Assembly: GCA_963739455.1 (NCBI GenBank)
Contig: CAVUAK010000001.1
Location: 2,432,001-2,496,000 of the forward strand
Source of the DNA: an uncultured Gemmatimonadales bacterium
GTDB taxonomy: Bacteria > Gemmatimonadota > Gemmatimonadetes > Gemmatimonadales > GWC2-71-9
Direction: 5' to 3'
DNA: 64,000 nucleotides
The position numbers and the translations under genes were made by a program. Positions 51,252 to 61,592 of this stretch are shown here, piece by piece. How positions within the stretch are numbered: the first letter of the stretch is position 1; each line of letters opens with the position of its first letter. Below the pieces are notes generated by a model, which saw only the letters and a list, made by a program, of their open reading frames with translations, made no database searches and had not been told where the DNA came from.

Positions 51252-51743
51252 ATGACCCCCGATCAGCTCCTCGCGCTCGTGCAGCCGCTGGTGGAAGGGG
51301 CAGGGTTCGAGCTCGTTGACCTGCGCCGTACGGGCGAAGCGGCCCGACCGGTCCTCAGTATCCGCGCCGACCGGCCTGATTCGACGCCCGGGCACGGCAT
51401 CTCCACTGAAGAATGTGCTCGCCTCAGCCGCGCCATCGAGGCAGCGCTGGAGACCGCCGAAGCAGTCGGGCCGCGCTATACGCTCGAGGTCTCGTCACCC
51501 GGCGTCGAACGCCCGGTCCGTTTTCCCGGGCACTGGCGACGCTACATCGGTCGCCGCGTCACGCTCCATGTGGCGCGCATGAAGGGCCGGCCCACCGCCG
51601 AGATTCTCGCAGTACCGGCGGATGACACCGTGACCGTGCGCCTCGACACCGGCGACGAAGTCACCCTCCGGCTGGATGACATCAGGAGCGCCACGCTCGT
51701 CTATGACTGGCCGGCGCCCCAGCCCAGGAAGAAGAATCGCTAG
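51252..51743 (+). CDS. rimP: Ribosome maturation factor RimP
   Basis: GFELVDL, ECARLSR, YTLEVSSPGVERP; upstream of nusA. Confidence 0.93.
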   Translation: MTPDQLLALVQPLVEGAGFELVDLRRTGEAARPVLSIRADRPDSTPGHGISTEECARLSRAIEAALETAEAVGPRYTLEVSSPGVERPVRFPGHWRRYIGRRVTLHVARMKGRPTAEILAVPADDTVTVRLDTGDEVTLRLDDIRSATLVYDWPAPQPRKKNR

Positions 51744-51785
51744 CAGCGCGCCAGGCGCGCCGCCACGACATTGGAGATGAAGACA

Positions 51786-53105
51786 ATGGCTGGTTCACCC
51801 GAAGTCCTTGCCGCCTTCCGCGAGCTCACCGCCGCCAAGCAGCTCGATCGCGCGGAGCTGCTCGACATGTTGCGCGACGGAATCCAGGCCGCACTCATCC
51901 GCCGCTATGGCCCGAACGTCAAGTTCGAGCTCAGCGTCGACGAGCTGCAGGGCTCCATTCGCATCGTCCGCCTCCGTCAGGTGGTGGAAACGGTCGAGGA
52001 CGCCTCCTGGCAGATCCCGCTGGAAGAGGCCCGCTACGAGGACGAGGACTTCCAGGTCGGCGACATGCTCGAGGAAGACGTCCCCTTCGAGGCCTTCGGT
52101 CGTCTCGCCGTGCAGGCCGCGAAGCAGCGCATCATCCAGCGCGTCCGCGAGGGCGAGCGCATGCGCATCCGCGACGAGTTCGCCAGCAAGGTCGGCGACC
52201 TCCTGTCGGGCGAAGTCCAGCAGATCGAGCGCGGCAAGCTCGTCATCATGCTCAACAAGTTCCGCGAGGCGGAAGCCATCATCCCGTATCGCGAGCAGAA
52301 TCACCGCGAGCACTTCCATCAGGGCGACACCATTCGCGCCGTGCTGAAGCGCCTCGAGGAGACGCCCAAGGGACCGCGACTCATCCTGTCCCGTGGCGAT
52401 CCGCTCTTCGTGAAGGCGCTCTTCAAGCTCGAGGTGCCTGAGGTCCAGCAGGGCGTCGTCGAAATTCGCGCCATTGCCCGCGAAGTCGGCAGCCGCACCA
52501 AGGTCGCCGTCGTCTCCCGTGACGACGCCATCGATCCCGTCGGCGCCTGCGTCGGCCTCAAGGGCTCGCGCGTGCAGTCCGTCGTCAATGAGCTCGGCGG
52601 TGAGCGCATCGATATCGTGCCCTGGTCGCCCGATCCCGAGCGCTTCGCCCGTCTCGCCCTGGCACCGGCGCGCGTCGCCAAGGTCTTTGCGGTACCCGAG
52701 GCCAAGACCATCCAGGCCGTCGTCGACGAGGATCAGCTTTCCCTCGCCATCGGTCGCAATGGCCAGAACGTGCGCCTCGCGTCCGAGCTGACCGGCTGGA
52801 AAATCGATCTCTACTCCAGCCGCGAGTGGCTGGAGCGTGGTGGTGAGGGCCCGCTGTTCGCCCCGCTGCCGCCCGAAGATGAAGCCGCCACCAAGGTGCC
52901 GCTCACCGAGCTCAAGGGCCTCTCGCCCGATCTCGTCACGGTACTCGGAGCGGCGGGCTACAACACGCTGAGCGACGTCCTGGACCTCGAGCAGGAAGAG
53001 GCCAGCAAGCTCACCGGCATGACGCCCGAGCTCACTGAAATGCTGATGGGCTTCCTCCAGGAGCTCACCGCTGAAGAGAGCGTGGACGAGGCGCCCTCGG
53101 CGTGA
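51786..53105 (+). CDS. nusA: Transcription factor NusA
   Basis: FGRLAVQAAKQ, LFKLEVPE, DPVGACVG..GSRV, LSLAIGRNGQNVRLASELTGWKID. Confidence 0.97.
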   Translation: MAGSPEVLAAFRELTAAKQLDRAELLDMLRDGIQAALIRRYGPNVKFELSVDELQGSIRIVRLRQVVETVEDASWQIPLEEARYEDEDFQVGDMLEEDVPFEAFGRLAVQAAKQRIIQRVREGERMRIRDEFASKVGDLLSGEVQQIERGKLVIMLNKFREAEAIIPYREQNHREHFHQGDTIRAVLKRLEETPKGPRLILSRGDPLFVKALFKLEVPEVQQGVVEIRAIAREVGSRTKVAVVSRDDAIDPVGACVGLKGSRVQSVVNELGGERIDIVPWSPDPERFARLALAPARVAKVFAVPEAKTIQAVVDEDQLSLAIGRNGQNVRLASELTGWKIDLYSSREWLERGGEGPLFAPLPPEDEAATKVPLTELKGLSPDLVTVLGAAGYNTLSDVLDLEQEEASKLTGMTPELTEMLMGFLQELTAEESVDEAPSA

Positions 53106-53407
53106 CCCCGCTCCTGGGCCTCCTCGGCCTGGGGCGTCGGGCGGGGAATCTGATCGTCGGCGTGGACGCGGTGCGTTCCGCCATCAAGGCGGGCAAGTGT
53201 TATCTCGTCGTCATGGCGAGCGACGCCGGCCCGAGGGCAGAGGAAAAGGTCACGCGGTTGGCTCGTGGTAAGAACCTTCCGGTGATCGTGGGACCCGTGG
53301 CCGACGAGATCGGCAGGGCGCTGGGCCGGCCGCCCGTACAGGCGGTGGGTGTAAGTGATCGCGCGTTGGCCAGCGGCGTAATGAACGCCGGGTCGGCGGG
53401 CCAGTAA
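53102..53407 (+). CDS. L7Ae/YlxQ-family RNA-binding protein
   Basis: LLGLLGLGRRAGNLIVGVDAV..LVVMASDA..IGRALGR; located between nusA and infB. Confidence 0.85.
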   Translation: MTPLLGLLGLGRRAGNLIVGVDAVRSAIKAGKCYLVVMASDAGPRAEEKVTRLARGKNLPVIVGPVADEIGRALGRPPVQAVGVSDRALASGVMNAGSAGQ

Positions 53408-53418
53408 TGGAGGAGTGA

Positions 53419-56177
53419 GTGGTCAAGAGTCGAGTACACGATCTCGCCGCTGAGTTCGGCGTCTCATCCGAGCAGTTGCTCGCGATGCTCAAGGACATGA
53501 ACATCTTCGTGCGCAGCCACATGTCCGCGCTCGAGGGTGATCAGGTCTCCGCGGTGCGCGTCCGCTGGGAACGTGAGAAGCGGAAGCAGCACGAAGAGGA
53601 GAAGCCGAAGAAGACGCGCAAGAAGGTGAAGGCCGCCACCGAGGCACCCGCGGTGGTGCCTGCGCCCGTTGCCGATGCCGGCAAGCCGTCCAAGCGACGC
53701 CGCACCGCCGCCGAAGTTGCGGTGGTCGAGGCCGCGCACCAGGCCGAGCGCGAAGAGGAAGAGAAGCGTGTCGCCATGTTCGAGCTCGAGCGCGCAGCCG
53801 CCGAGCCCGAGCCGGTGGTCACGTCGCTCTCGCTCGAGGAGCGCGCTCGCCAGCTCTTCAAGGATCTTCCCCCGGCCGAGCCCGACACCGAGGAAGAGGC
53901 TGCTGCGCCGACACCTGCGCCGCTGTTCCGTCCCTCGGTTCCGCCGACGCCCGTCGCCACCACCGACAGCGCCGCACCGCCGGCGCGTCAGCCGTTCATT
54001 CCACCGCGCGTGCAGCGCCCGGCGCCATCACAGCAGTCCAATGATCGCGGCCCGTCGCGCACCCCCGGCGATCGCCCGCGTGGCCCGAAGCCCGTCTTCA
54101 GCAGCAGCTTCACCTCCGAGCGTCCCGCGCCGAGTCGCGGTGGCAGCGGTGGTCCGCCGGCGGCAACGCCGAGCACCACCGATTCGAGTCAGGGTGGCGC
54201 TGGTGGACGCCCCGGCAAGAAGGGGAAGAAGGGTCGTCGCTCCCAGGTCGATCGTGACGCGGTGCAGGCGAACATCGAGAAGACCCTCCAGGGCCTGAAG
54301 GGCAGCGCCGGCAAGAAGGTCCGCCGCGCCGATGGCCCGAGCTATCAGCAGCTCCGCGCCGGCGAAATGGCCGAGGAGAAGGAGCGCGAGAAGACCATCG
54401 TTCGCGTCAACGAGTTCATCTCGGTGAGCGAGCTCGCGGGACTCATGAAGATCCCCGCCACCCAGATCGTCCAGTTCGCCTTCAAGGAACTGGGCCTCAT
54501 GGTGACGGTGAACCAGCGCCTCGACTTCGACCAGATCGAGCTCATTGCATCCGAGTTCGGCTTCCTGGCCGTGAAGGAAGACGCATACGCTGCCGAGGCC
54601 GGCATCGTCGAGGAAGAGGACAAGGTCGAGGATCGCGTGCCGCGTCCGCCCGTCGTCACCATCATGGGCCACGTCGACCACGGCAAGACCTCGCTGCTCG
54701 ACTACGTCCGCAAGGCCAACGTCGTGGCCGGTGAGGCCGGCGGCATCACCCAGCACATCGGCGCGTATCACGTCGATCTGCCCGATGGCCGCTCCATCAC
54801 CTTCCTCGACACGCCGGGTCACCAGGCCTTTACCGCCATGCGTGCCCGCGGTGCCCAGGTCACCGACATCGTCATCCTCGTGGTGGCGGCCGACGACCAG
54901 GTCATGCCCCAGACCATCGAGGCGATCAGCCACGCCCGGAACGCCGGCGTGCCGATCATCGTGGCCATCAACAAGATCGACCTGCCCGTCGGCGAACGTC
55001 GCCAAGGTGAAGCAGGACCTCCTGCAGCACAACGTCGTGCTCGAGGAGTTCGGCGGCAACACGCTCTCCGCCGAGATCTCGGCGAAGAAGGGCACCGGCG
55101 TCGACCACCTGCTCGAGCAGATCCTCCTGCAGGCGGAAATCCTCGACCTCAAGGCCAACGCCACGGCCAAGGCTCACGGCACCGTGCTCGAGGCCACGCT
55201 CGACCCGGGCAAGGGTCCCCTCGCCACGATCCTGGTGCAGAAGGGCATCGTGCATGTCGGCGACAACTTCATCTGCGGCAAGTTCTCCGGCCGCGTGCGC
55301 GCGCTCTTCGATGAGCGCGGGCGACAGGTGAAGGAAGTGGGTCCGTCCTATCCGGTGCAGATCCTCGGCTTCGAGGGCGTGCCCTCTGCCGGCGATTCGT
55401 TCGGTGTCGTGGCTGATGCCGTCGAGGCGCGTGACATCGCGCAGCGCCGCCAGCGCCTCGAGCGCGAGGCCCAGAGCCGTCGTACGCAGAAGGCCTCGAG
55501 CCTCGAGGACTTCAGCCGGCAGCTCAAGGAAGGCGCCGTCACCCAGCTCCGCATCATCATCAAGGCCGACCAGGGCGGCCCGGCGGAAGCACTCGCCGAC
55601 GCACTGGCCCAGCTCAGCACCAGCGAAGTCCGCGTCGAAGTCATTCACCGCGGTGTCGGTGCCATCACCGAGAGCGACGTCCTGCTCGCCAAGGCGTCGG
55701 GCGCCATCATTCTCGGCTTCCATGTCCGGCCCGACTCGAACGCCCGTACGGCCGCCGAGCGGGAGTCGGTGGACGTGCGCACCTACCGCATCATCTACGA
55801 AGCGGTGGAAGACGTGCGCAACGCCCTCGAGGGACTGCTCAAGCCCGAGGAGAAGGAAACCGTGCTCGGCGAGGCCGAGGTGCTCGACCTGTTCAAGGTC
55901 AGCAAGATCGGCACGGTCGCCGGTTGCATGGTCAAGAGCGGCCTCATCCAGCGCGGCAAGGTTCGCGTCATTCGCGATGGCGTCGTGGTCTACAGCGGCG
56001 TAGCTGGCGAGCCTCAAGCGCTTCAAGGACGACGTCAAGGAAGTGCGCGAGGGTCTCGAGTGCGGCTTGTCCATCGAGAACTTCAACGACCTCAAGGTCG
56101 GCGATCGTATCGAGGCGTACCGCATGGAAGAGGTGAAGCGCACGCTGCAGGCGTCGGCGGCGGCGGGGGCGAGTTGA
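53419..56177 (+). CDS. infB: Translation initiation factor IF-2 (indels near 54990 and 56000)
   Basis: [59 protein letters not shown]; after the shift, [15 protein letters not shown]. Confidence 0.96.
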
Positions 56178-56262
56178 GGGTTGAGGGTTGAGAGTTAAGG
56201 GCTCCGAACCGCGAACCCCGAACCCTGAACCCTGAACCCTGAACCCTGAACCCTGAACCCCT
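56173..56262. repeat. Bipartite heptamer array: (GTTGAGG)n followed by (GAACCCT)n
   Basis: G-rich arm starts at the infB stop; C-rich arm ends at the next GTG. Confidence 0.88.
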
Positions 56263-56541
56263 GTGCACCTGGCCGTCACCACCTGGGACCTCCACTTGGA
56301 GGGATGCCTCTCGCTGAAGGACAAGCGGAGCGTCATCAAGCCCCTGGTAACGGCCCTGCGCCGGGTCAATCTCTCGGTCGCGGAGATCGACCACCAGGAT
56401 CTCTGGCAGCGCGCCGGGCTGGCCTGTGCGGCAGTGGGAAGTGATCGGTCGGTCGTCGAGGGCGAGTTGCGCGCCGCCGATCGCATCATCGAGGAAACGG
56501 ACGGGGTGCGGGTGATTGATTCGGTGACGGTATGGCGTTGA
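56263..56541 (+). CDS. DUF503 (YlxP-like) protein
   Basis: SLKDKRSVIK..NLSVAEIDHQDLWQRA; located between infB and rbfA. Confidence 0.88.
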   Translation: MHLAVTTWDLHLEGCLSLKDKRSVIKPLVTALRRVNLSVAEIDHQDLWQRAGLACAAVGSDRSVVEGELRAADRIIEETDGVRVIDSVTVWR

Positions 56542-56549
56542 AGAGGCGA

Positions 56550-56646
56550 GCAGTCGTCAGTCGACAGTCGTCAGAAAGTCGTCAGCCGCTCCCTGCAGCT
56601 GCCGACTGTCGACTCCCTGCCGACTGCCGACTGCCGACTGCCGACT
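56550..56646. repeat. ~100-bp palindromic element with (NCAGTCG)n / (CTGNCGA)n arms, copy 1
   Basis: Core CAGCCGCTCCCTGCAGCTG; matches the copies at 61491 and 62342. Confidence 0.88.
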
Positions 56647-56658
56647 CGGCGACAGAGC

Positions 56659-57030
56659 ATGAAGTCCTCGCGTCGACCCGAGCAGGTCGGCGAAACCATT
56701 CGCCAGGTGGTCACCGACGCCTTGCTGCGCGAGGTGCGCGACCCGCGGGTCGGGTTCGTGACGGTGACGCACGTGCAGGTCACCAACGAGCTGTCGCACG
56801 CGAAGGTCATGGTGGCAGTGCCTGGCAGCGAGGAAGAGAAGCAGCGCGCACTCGAGGGACTGAAGAGCGCCGCCGGCTTCTTCCGCAGCAAGCTCGCGAA
56901 GGCGCTCACCACCCGCGTGGTGCCCGAGCTCCACTTCGAGCTCGATCGCGGGCTGGAGCATGCGGCGCGCATCAACGAGCTGCTCGAGCAGGTGCGCCGC
57001 GACACACCGCCCGCGGAGGAGCCGAGCTGA
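56659..57030 (+). CDS. rbfA: Ribosome-binding factor A
   Basis: VRDPRVGFVTVTHV..LSHAKV..LKSAAGFFR..RVVPELHF..D. Confidence 0.95.
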   Translation: MKSSRRPEQVGETIRQVVTDALLREVRDPRVGFVTVTHVQVTNELSHAKVMVAVPGSEEEKQRALEGLKSAAGFFRSKLAKALTTRVVPELHFELDRGLEHAARINELLEQVRRDTPPAEEPS

Positions 57031-57931
57031 TCGGCGCGCTGCTGGTGGACAAGCCGGCCGGCGTCACCTCGCACGATGTCGTGGCGCGCCTCCGGCGGGT
57101 CCTGGACACGAGGGCGGTGGGGCACACCGGCACGCTGGATCCGTTCGCGACCGGGTTGCTCGTGGCCCTCGTCGGTCGGGCGACGCGATTGGCCCGCTTC
57201 GTCGAGGGGCAGGCCAAGACGTACCGCGCCACGCTGCGTCTCGGTGTGCAGACCGACACCGACGACCTGACCGGCGCACCGGTGGGCGGCACGGTGCCGG
57301 CGCAGTGGCCCACTGAGTCGGAGGTGCGCTCGGCGCTGGCAGGCATGAAGGGCACGCAGCTGCAGCGGCCGTCCACCTTTTCGGCGAAGCACGTGGACGG
57401 CCAGCGCAGTCATCGCCTGGCACGACGCGGCGGTCGAGGTCACGCTGGAACCGGTCGAGGTCACGGTCCACGCGATGGAGCTGCTCGCGTGGAACGCACC
57501 CGACGCCGAGTTCCGCGTCACCGTGAGCGCCGGCACCTACGTAAGGGCCCTGGCGCGCGACGTTGGTGAGAAGCTGGGCCTGGGTGCGCACCTCGTGGCG
57601 CTGCGGCGCGAAACGATCGGCACGCTGTCGGTGAGCGATGCGCTCCCGCTCGATGCCATCGATGCGGCAGCGGTGCAAGCCGCCACTCGCCGTACTGGGC
57701 CACATGCCGCGAGTGGAACTGGACGACGCAGCCCGCGCCCACGTGGCGCACGGCCGCGCAATCCCAGGGCGCGAGGGCGGGGAGGGCGGGGACGGTTTTC
57801 GGCGCTGGTGCAGGGCGGGGAGTTGGTCGCGGTCGCGGAAGCGGTGGGCGACGAGGTTGCAGCCAGTTGTGGTGCTGGACAGACTCCCGACCCCCAGACC
57901 CTCAACGCCTAACCCTGAACCGCATGGGTGA
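57027..57931 (+). CDS. truB: tRNA pseudouridine(55) synthase (several indels; probable CTG start)
   Basis: LLVDKPAGVTSHDVV, GHTGTLDPFATGLL, TDTDD.TG, FSAKHVDG, SAGTYVRALARDVG, AHLVALRR. Confidence 0.9.
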
Positions 57932-58841
57932 CTTCGCCCTGGGCCCCAACGGCTCCACCGTCACCGTCGGCACCTTCGACGGGGTGCACCGCGCCCATCA
58001 CGCCGTGCTCGGCGAGACGGCGCGACGCGCCGAGGCCGCAGGACGCGCCTGTGTCGTCGTCACCTTCGATCCGCATCCGGTCGAGGTGGTCCGGCCCGAT
58101 CGGGCGCCCCTCCGGCTCACCACCGAGGTGGAGCGCCGGGCGGTCATGGCGGCCTGCGGTGTGGGCCACGCGCTGGTGCTCAAGTTCGACGCGGCGCTGG
58201 CGGCACTGCCGCCCGAGCAGTTCGTCCGCGACATCCTGGTGGCGCGGTGCGGCATGCGGGAACTGGTCATCGGTCATGACCACGGATTCGGTCGCGGCCG
58301 GAGCGGCGATGCCGACACCCTGCGCCGCATCGGACAGGCCGATGGCTTCGAGGTCGCGGTGGTGCCGCAGGTGGAAGTCGATGGCGTGCGCGTCTCCAGC
58401 AGCGCCATCCGCCAGTGCCTGGTGGCAGGAGACCTGGCCGGCGCCGCCAGCATGCTGGGCCGTCGCTACGACGTCATGGCGCAGGTCGGTGAGGGAGCGG
58501 GACGCGGCCGGAAGCTTGGCATTCCGACCATCAACCTCGCGGGAGTCTCGGCCCGGAAGCAGCTCCCGCCCGATGGCGTCTATGCCGTGCGCGTCGAGTG
58601 GCGCGGCGGACAGGCCGGCGGGATGATGAACCAGGGGCCACGCCCCACCTTTGGCGAGCACGACCGTACGCTCGAAGCGCACCTCTTCGGCGTCGATGCA
58701 GACTTGTACGGCGAGTGGGTACGACTGGAGTGGGTGGCGCAACTGCGCGAGGTGCGCCAGTTCGCTTCCCCCGCAGAGCTCACTCGCCAACTCGAACGGG
58801 ATCACGCCGCGGCGCTCGCGGCGCTGGGAAATCCCGCCTGA
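57924..58841 (+). CDS. ribF: Bifunctional riboflavin kinase / FAD synthetase
   Basis: VGTFDGVHRAH, TFDPHP, GHDHGFG, VSSSAIR, GRGRKLGIPTIN, GVYA, GPRPTF, EAHLF. Confidence 0.93.
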   Translation: MGDFALGPNGSTVTVGTFDGVHRAHHAVLGETARRAEAAGRACVVVTFDPHPVEVVRPDRAPLRLTTEVERRAVMAACGVGHALVLKFDAALAALPPEQFVRDILVARCGMRELVIGHDHGFGRGRSGDADTLRRIGQADGFEVAVVPQVEVDGVRVSSSAIRQCLVAGDLAGAASMLGRRYDVMAQVGEGAGRGRKLGIPTINLAGVSARKQLPPDGVYAVRVEWRGGQAGGMMNQGPRPTFGEHDRTLEAHLFGVDADLYGEWVRLEWVAQLREVRQFASPAELTRQLERDHAAALAALGNPA

Positions 58842-58887
58842 TTCACCAGACGCGTGCCCCACGCACGCCCAGCTGCCTGAGTGGACG

Positions 58888-61486
58888 ATGTTCCTGACTC
58901 TTCGAAATCGACTCATCCTTGTCGGCGTCCTCATGGTCGCCGCCATCCTTGCCCTCATTCCCCGGAAGCAGACGGTGCGCGAGCTCGGCGCGGATGGGGT
59001 CATGCACGACGCCTCCGTCCTCCGCCAGCCGATCAAGTACGGTCTCGACCTCCAGGGCGGCATGCACCTCGCCCTCGAGCTCGACCAGTCGAAGCAGGTC
59101 TCGGCCGATCCGAAGAAGGACATCGACCTGGCCCTCACCGTGCTCCGGAAGCGCATCGACGAGTTCGGCGTCACCGAGCCGGTCATCCAGAAGGTCGGCG
59201 ATGACCGCATCGTGGTCGAGCTCGCCGGCGTCGCCGATCCCGAGCGCGCCCGGGCCATCGTCCAGAAGAGCGCCTTCCTCGAGTTCCGCATCACCGACAA
59301 GACCGGCGCCCTCGATCGCGCGCTCCCGGCCATGGACCGCCAGCTCCGCGCGATGGGCGTCTCCAGCGCCGGCGCGGCCCAGGCCGGCCCTTCCGCCGTG
59401 TCGCAGCTCCTGGGCGGCGACTCCGCCAAGAAGGGCGCTGACAGCACCACCGGCGCCGCGATCCTCGCCGGCCTCATCCGGCCGTCGCAGGCCACGCCCG
59501 GCGAGTACCTCGTCGCCGAGACCGCGTTCCCCCGCGTCGACAGCCTGCTCAACCTGCCGGAGGTGAAGCGCCTCCTGCCGCGCGGCGTCGAGATCAAGTG
59601 GTCGGCCAGCAAGGAAAGCATCGGCGGCGATTTCGTCCGCGCCTTCTACGTGGTGGATGACCAGTCGCTCGTCACCGGCGCCAACCTCGTCGACGCGCGC
59701 GCCGAGCTCGATCCGCTCACCAACGGGCCGCAGGTCACCTTCGAGCTCGATCGTGCCGGCGGCCGCAAGTTCGGCGAGGGCACCGGCCGTCACGTCGGTG
59801 ACTTCATGGCCATCGTCCTCGACGGTCGCGTGCAGGGTCGCCCCCCGGTCATCCAGAGCCGCATCGAGCGCAACGGCCGCATCACCCTGGGCGGCAAGAC
59901 GCTGCAGGAAGCCCAGGACCTGGCCCTCACGCTCAAGGCCGGTGCACTCCCGGTTCCGCTCGCAATCGTCGAGTCGGGCGAGGTGGGCGCCAGCCTGGGC
60001 GCAGACTCGATCAAGGGCGGCCTGATCGCCGGCCTCATCGGGACGCTGCTCGTCATCCTGATCATGGTGGGCTACTACGCGCTGAGCGGCGTCCTCGCCG
60101 TGCTGGCGCTCGGGTTCTACCTGCTCTACACCATGGGCGCGCTGGCCATGCTCGACGCCACGCTCACCCTGCCGGGCCTCGCCGGCATCGTGCTCTCCAT
60201 CGGCATCGCCGTGGACGCGAACGTGCTGATCTTCGAGCGCATTCGCGAGGAGCTGCGCCACGGCAAGACGGTGCGCCTCGCCATCGACGAGGGCTTCAAG
60301 CACGCGCTGCCCGCCATCACCGACTCGAGCCTGGCGACGGTCATCACCGCCTTCCTGCTCTTCCAGTTCGGCACCGGCCCGGTGAAGGGCTTCGCCGTCA
60401 CCCTGATCGTCGGCATCCTGGCGTCGCTGTTCACGGCGGTGTTCGTCACCCGCACCTTCTACATGACTCTGGCTGCAGCGTAATCCGGGGATGGATACGC
60501 TGAGCATCGGCAAGGCGACGTTCTTCGCCAACGCGAACTACGACTTCATCGCCATGCGGAAGTGGGCCTACGGCGTCACCGCCGCGGTGCTCATTCCCGG
60601 CCTGCTCTTCCTCGCGGTGAAGGGCTTCGACTACAGCATCGAGTTCACCGGCGGCACCATGGTCCAGATCGCCACCGCGCCCACCACCGAGGCCGGCACC
60701 CTTCGCACCGCGCTCGACGGCGCCGGCATCAAGGGCGCCGAGATCCAGCAGCTCGGCGCGCCGGGCAACTTCGTCATCCGCGCCCGCGTCGGTGAGGGGC
60801 AGGGCAGCACCGAGGCGACCGCCGAGGCGGTGAAGGGTGCGTTGAACAAGGCGCTGGGTGAGGGCAAGTACACCTTCGGTCGCGCTGCGGCCGTGAGCCC
60901 CAAGGTGGGTGGCGAGCTCCGCATGCAGGCCCTGCTCGCGGTGCTGACCTCGTTCATCTTCGTGCTGATCTACCTCGCCGTTCGCTTCGAGTGGCGCTTC
61001 GGTCTCGCCGCCATCATCGCGACCGCCCACGACATCCTGGCGACGCTCGCCTTCATCGCTGTCATGCGGCTCGAGGTGAGCCTTGTGGTGGTGGCGGCAC
61101 TGCTCACCATGGTCGGCTACTCGCTCAATGACACGATCATCATCTTCGACCGTGTCCGCGAGAACCTGAAGAAGTACCAGCGCTCCGGCTTCGTGGAGAT
61201 CCTGAACCGGAGCATCAACGAGACGCTGCCGCGGAGCGTGCTGACCCACCTCACCACCCTGGCGACGCTGCTGGCGCTTGCCATCTTCGGTGGAGAGGTG
61301 ATCCGCCCGTTCTCGCTGGTCATGTTCTTCGGCGTGTTCACCGGTACGTTCTCGTCGGTGTTCATTGCGGCTCCGGTGCTCCTCTGGATCGAGCACAAGT
61401 GGCCCGGCCCCGCGGCTCGCGGTACGAAGGTGTCGGCCGGCGGCCCGGTGCCGCAGGTGGCACCCCGCGCCAAGGCGACGGTCTAG
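58888..61486 (+). CDS. secDF: Protein translocase SecD-SecF, probably a single fused SecDF broken by one inserted base near 60466
   Basis: SecD: GLDLQGG, RIDEFGVTEP, AIVLDG, LKAGALP, VDANVLIFERIREE. SecF: SIEFTGG, HDIL, GYSLNDTIIIFDRVRE, GTFSSVFIA. Removing one base gives continuous ...FYMIWLQRNPGMDTLSIGKATFFANANYDF... Confidence 0.9.
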
Positions 61487-61490
61487 GAGG

Positions 61491-61591
61491 GTCGGCAGTC
61501 GACAGTCGACAGTCGTCAGAGAGTCGCCAGCCGCTCCGCGCAGCTGCCGACTGACGACTTCCTGTCGACTGCCGACTGACGACTGCCGACT
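61491..61591. repeat. Palindromic heptamer-armed element, copy 2
   Basis: Core CAGCCGCTCCGCGCAGCTG; fills the secF-tatD spacer. Confidence 0.88.
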
Positions 61592-61592
61592 A

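Noticed and set aside
56200..56262. (CCCTGAA)n and (CCTAACG)n resemble eukaryotic telomere repeats
   Set aside because: They are short and sit inside intact bacterial operons, so contamination or a chromosome end is not supported.
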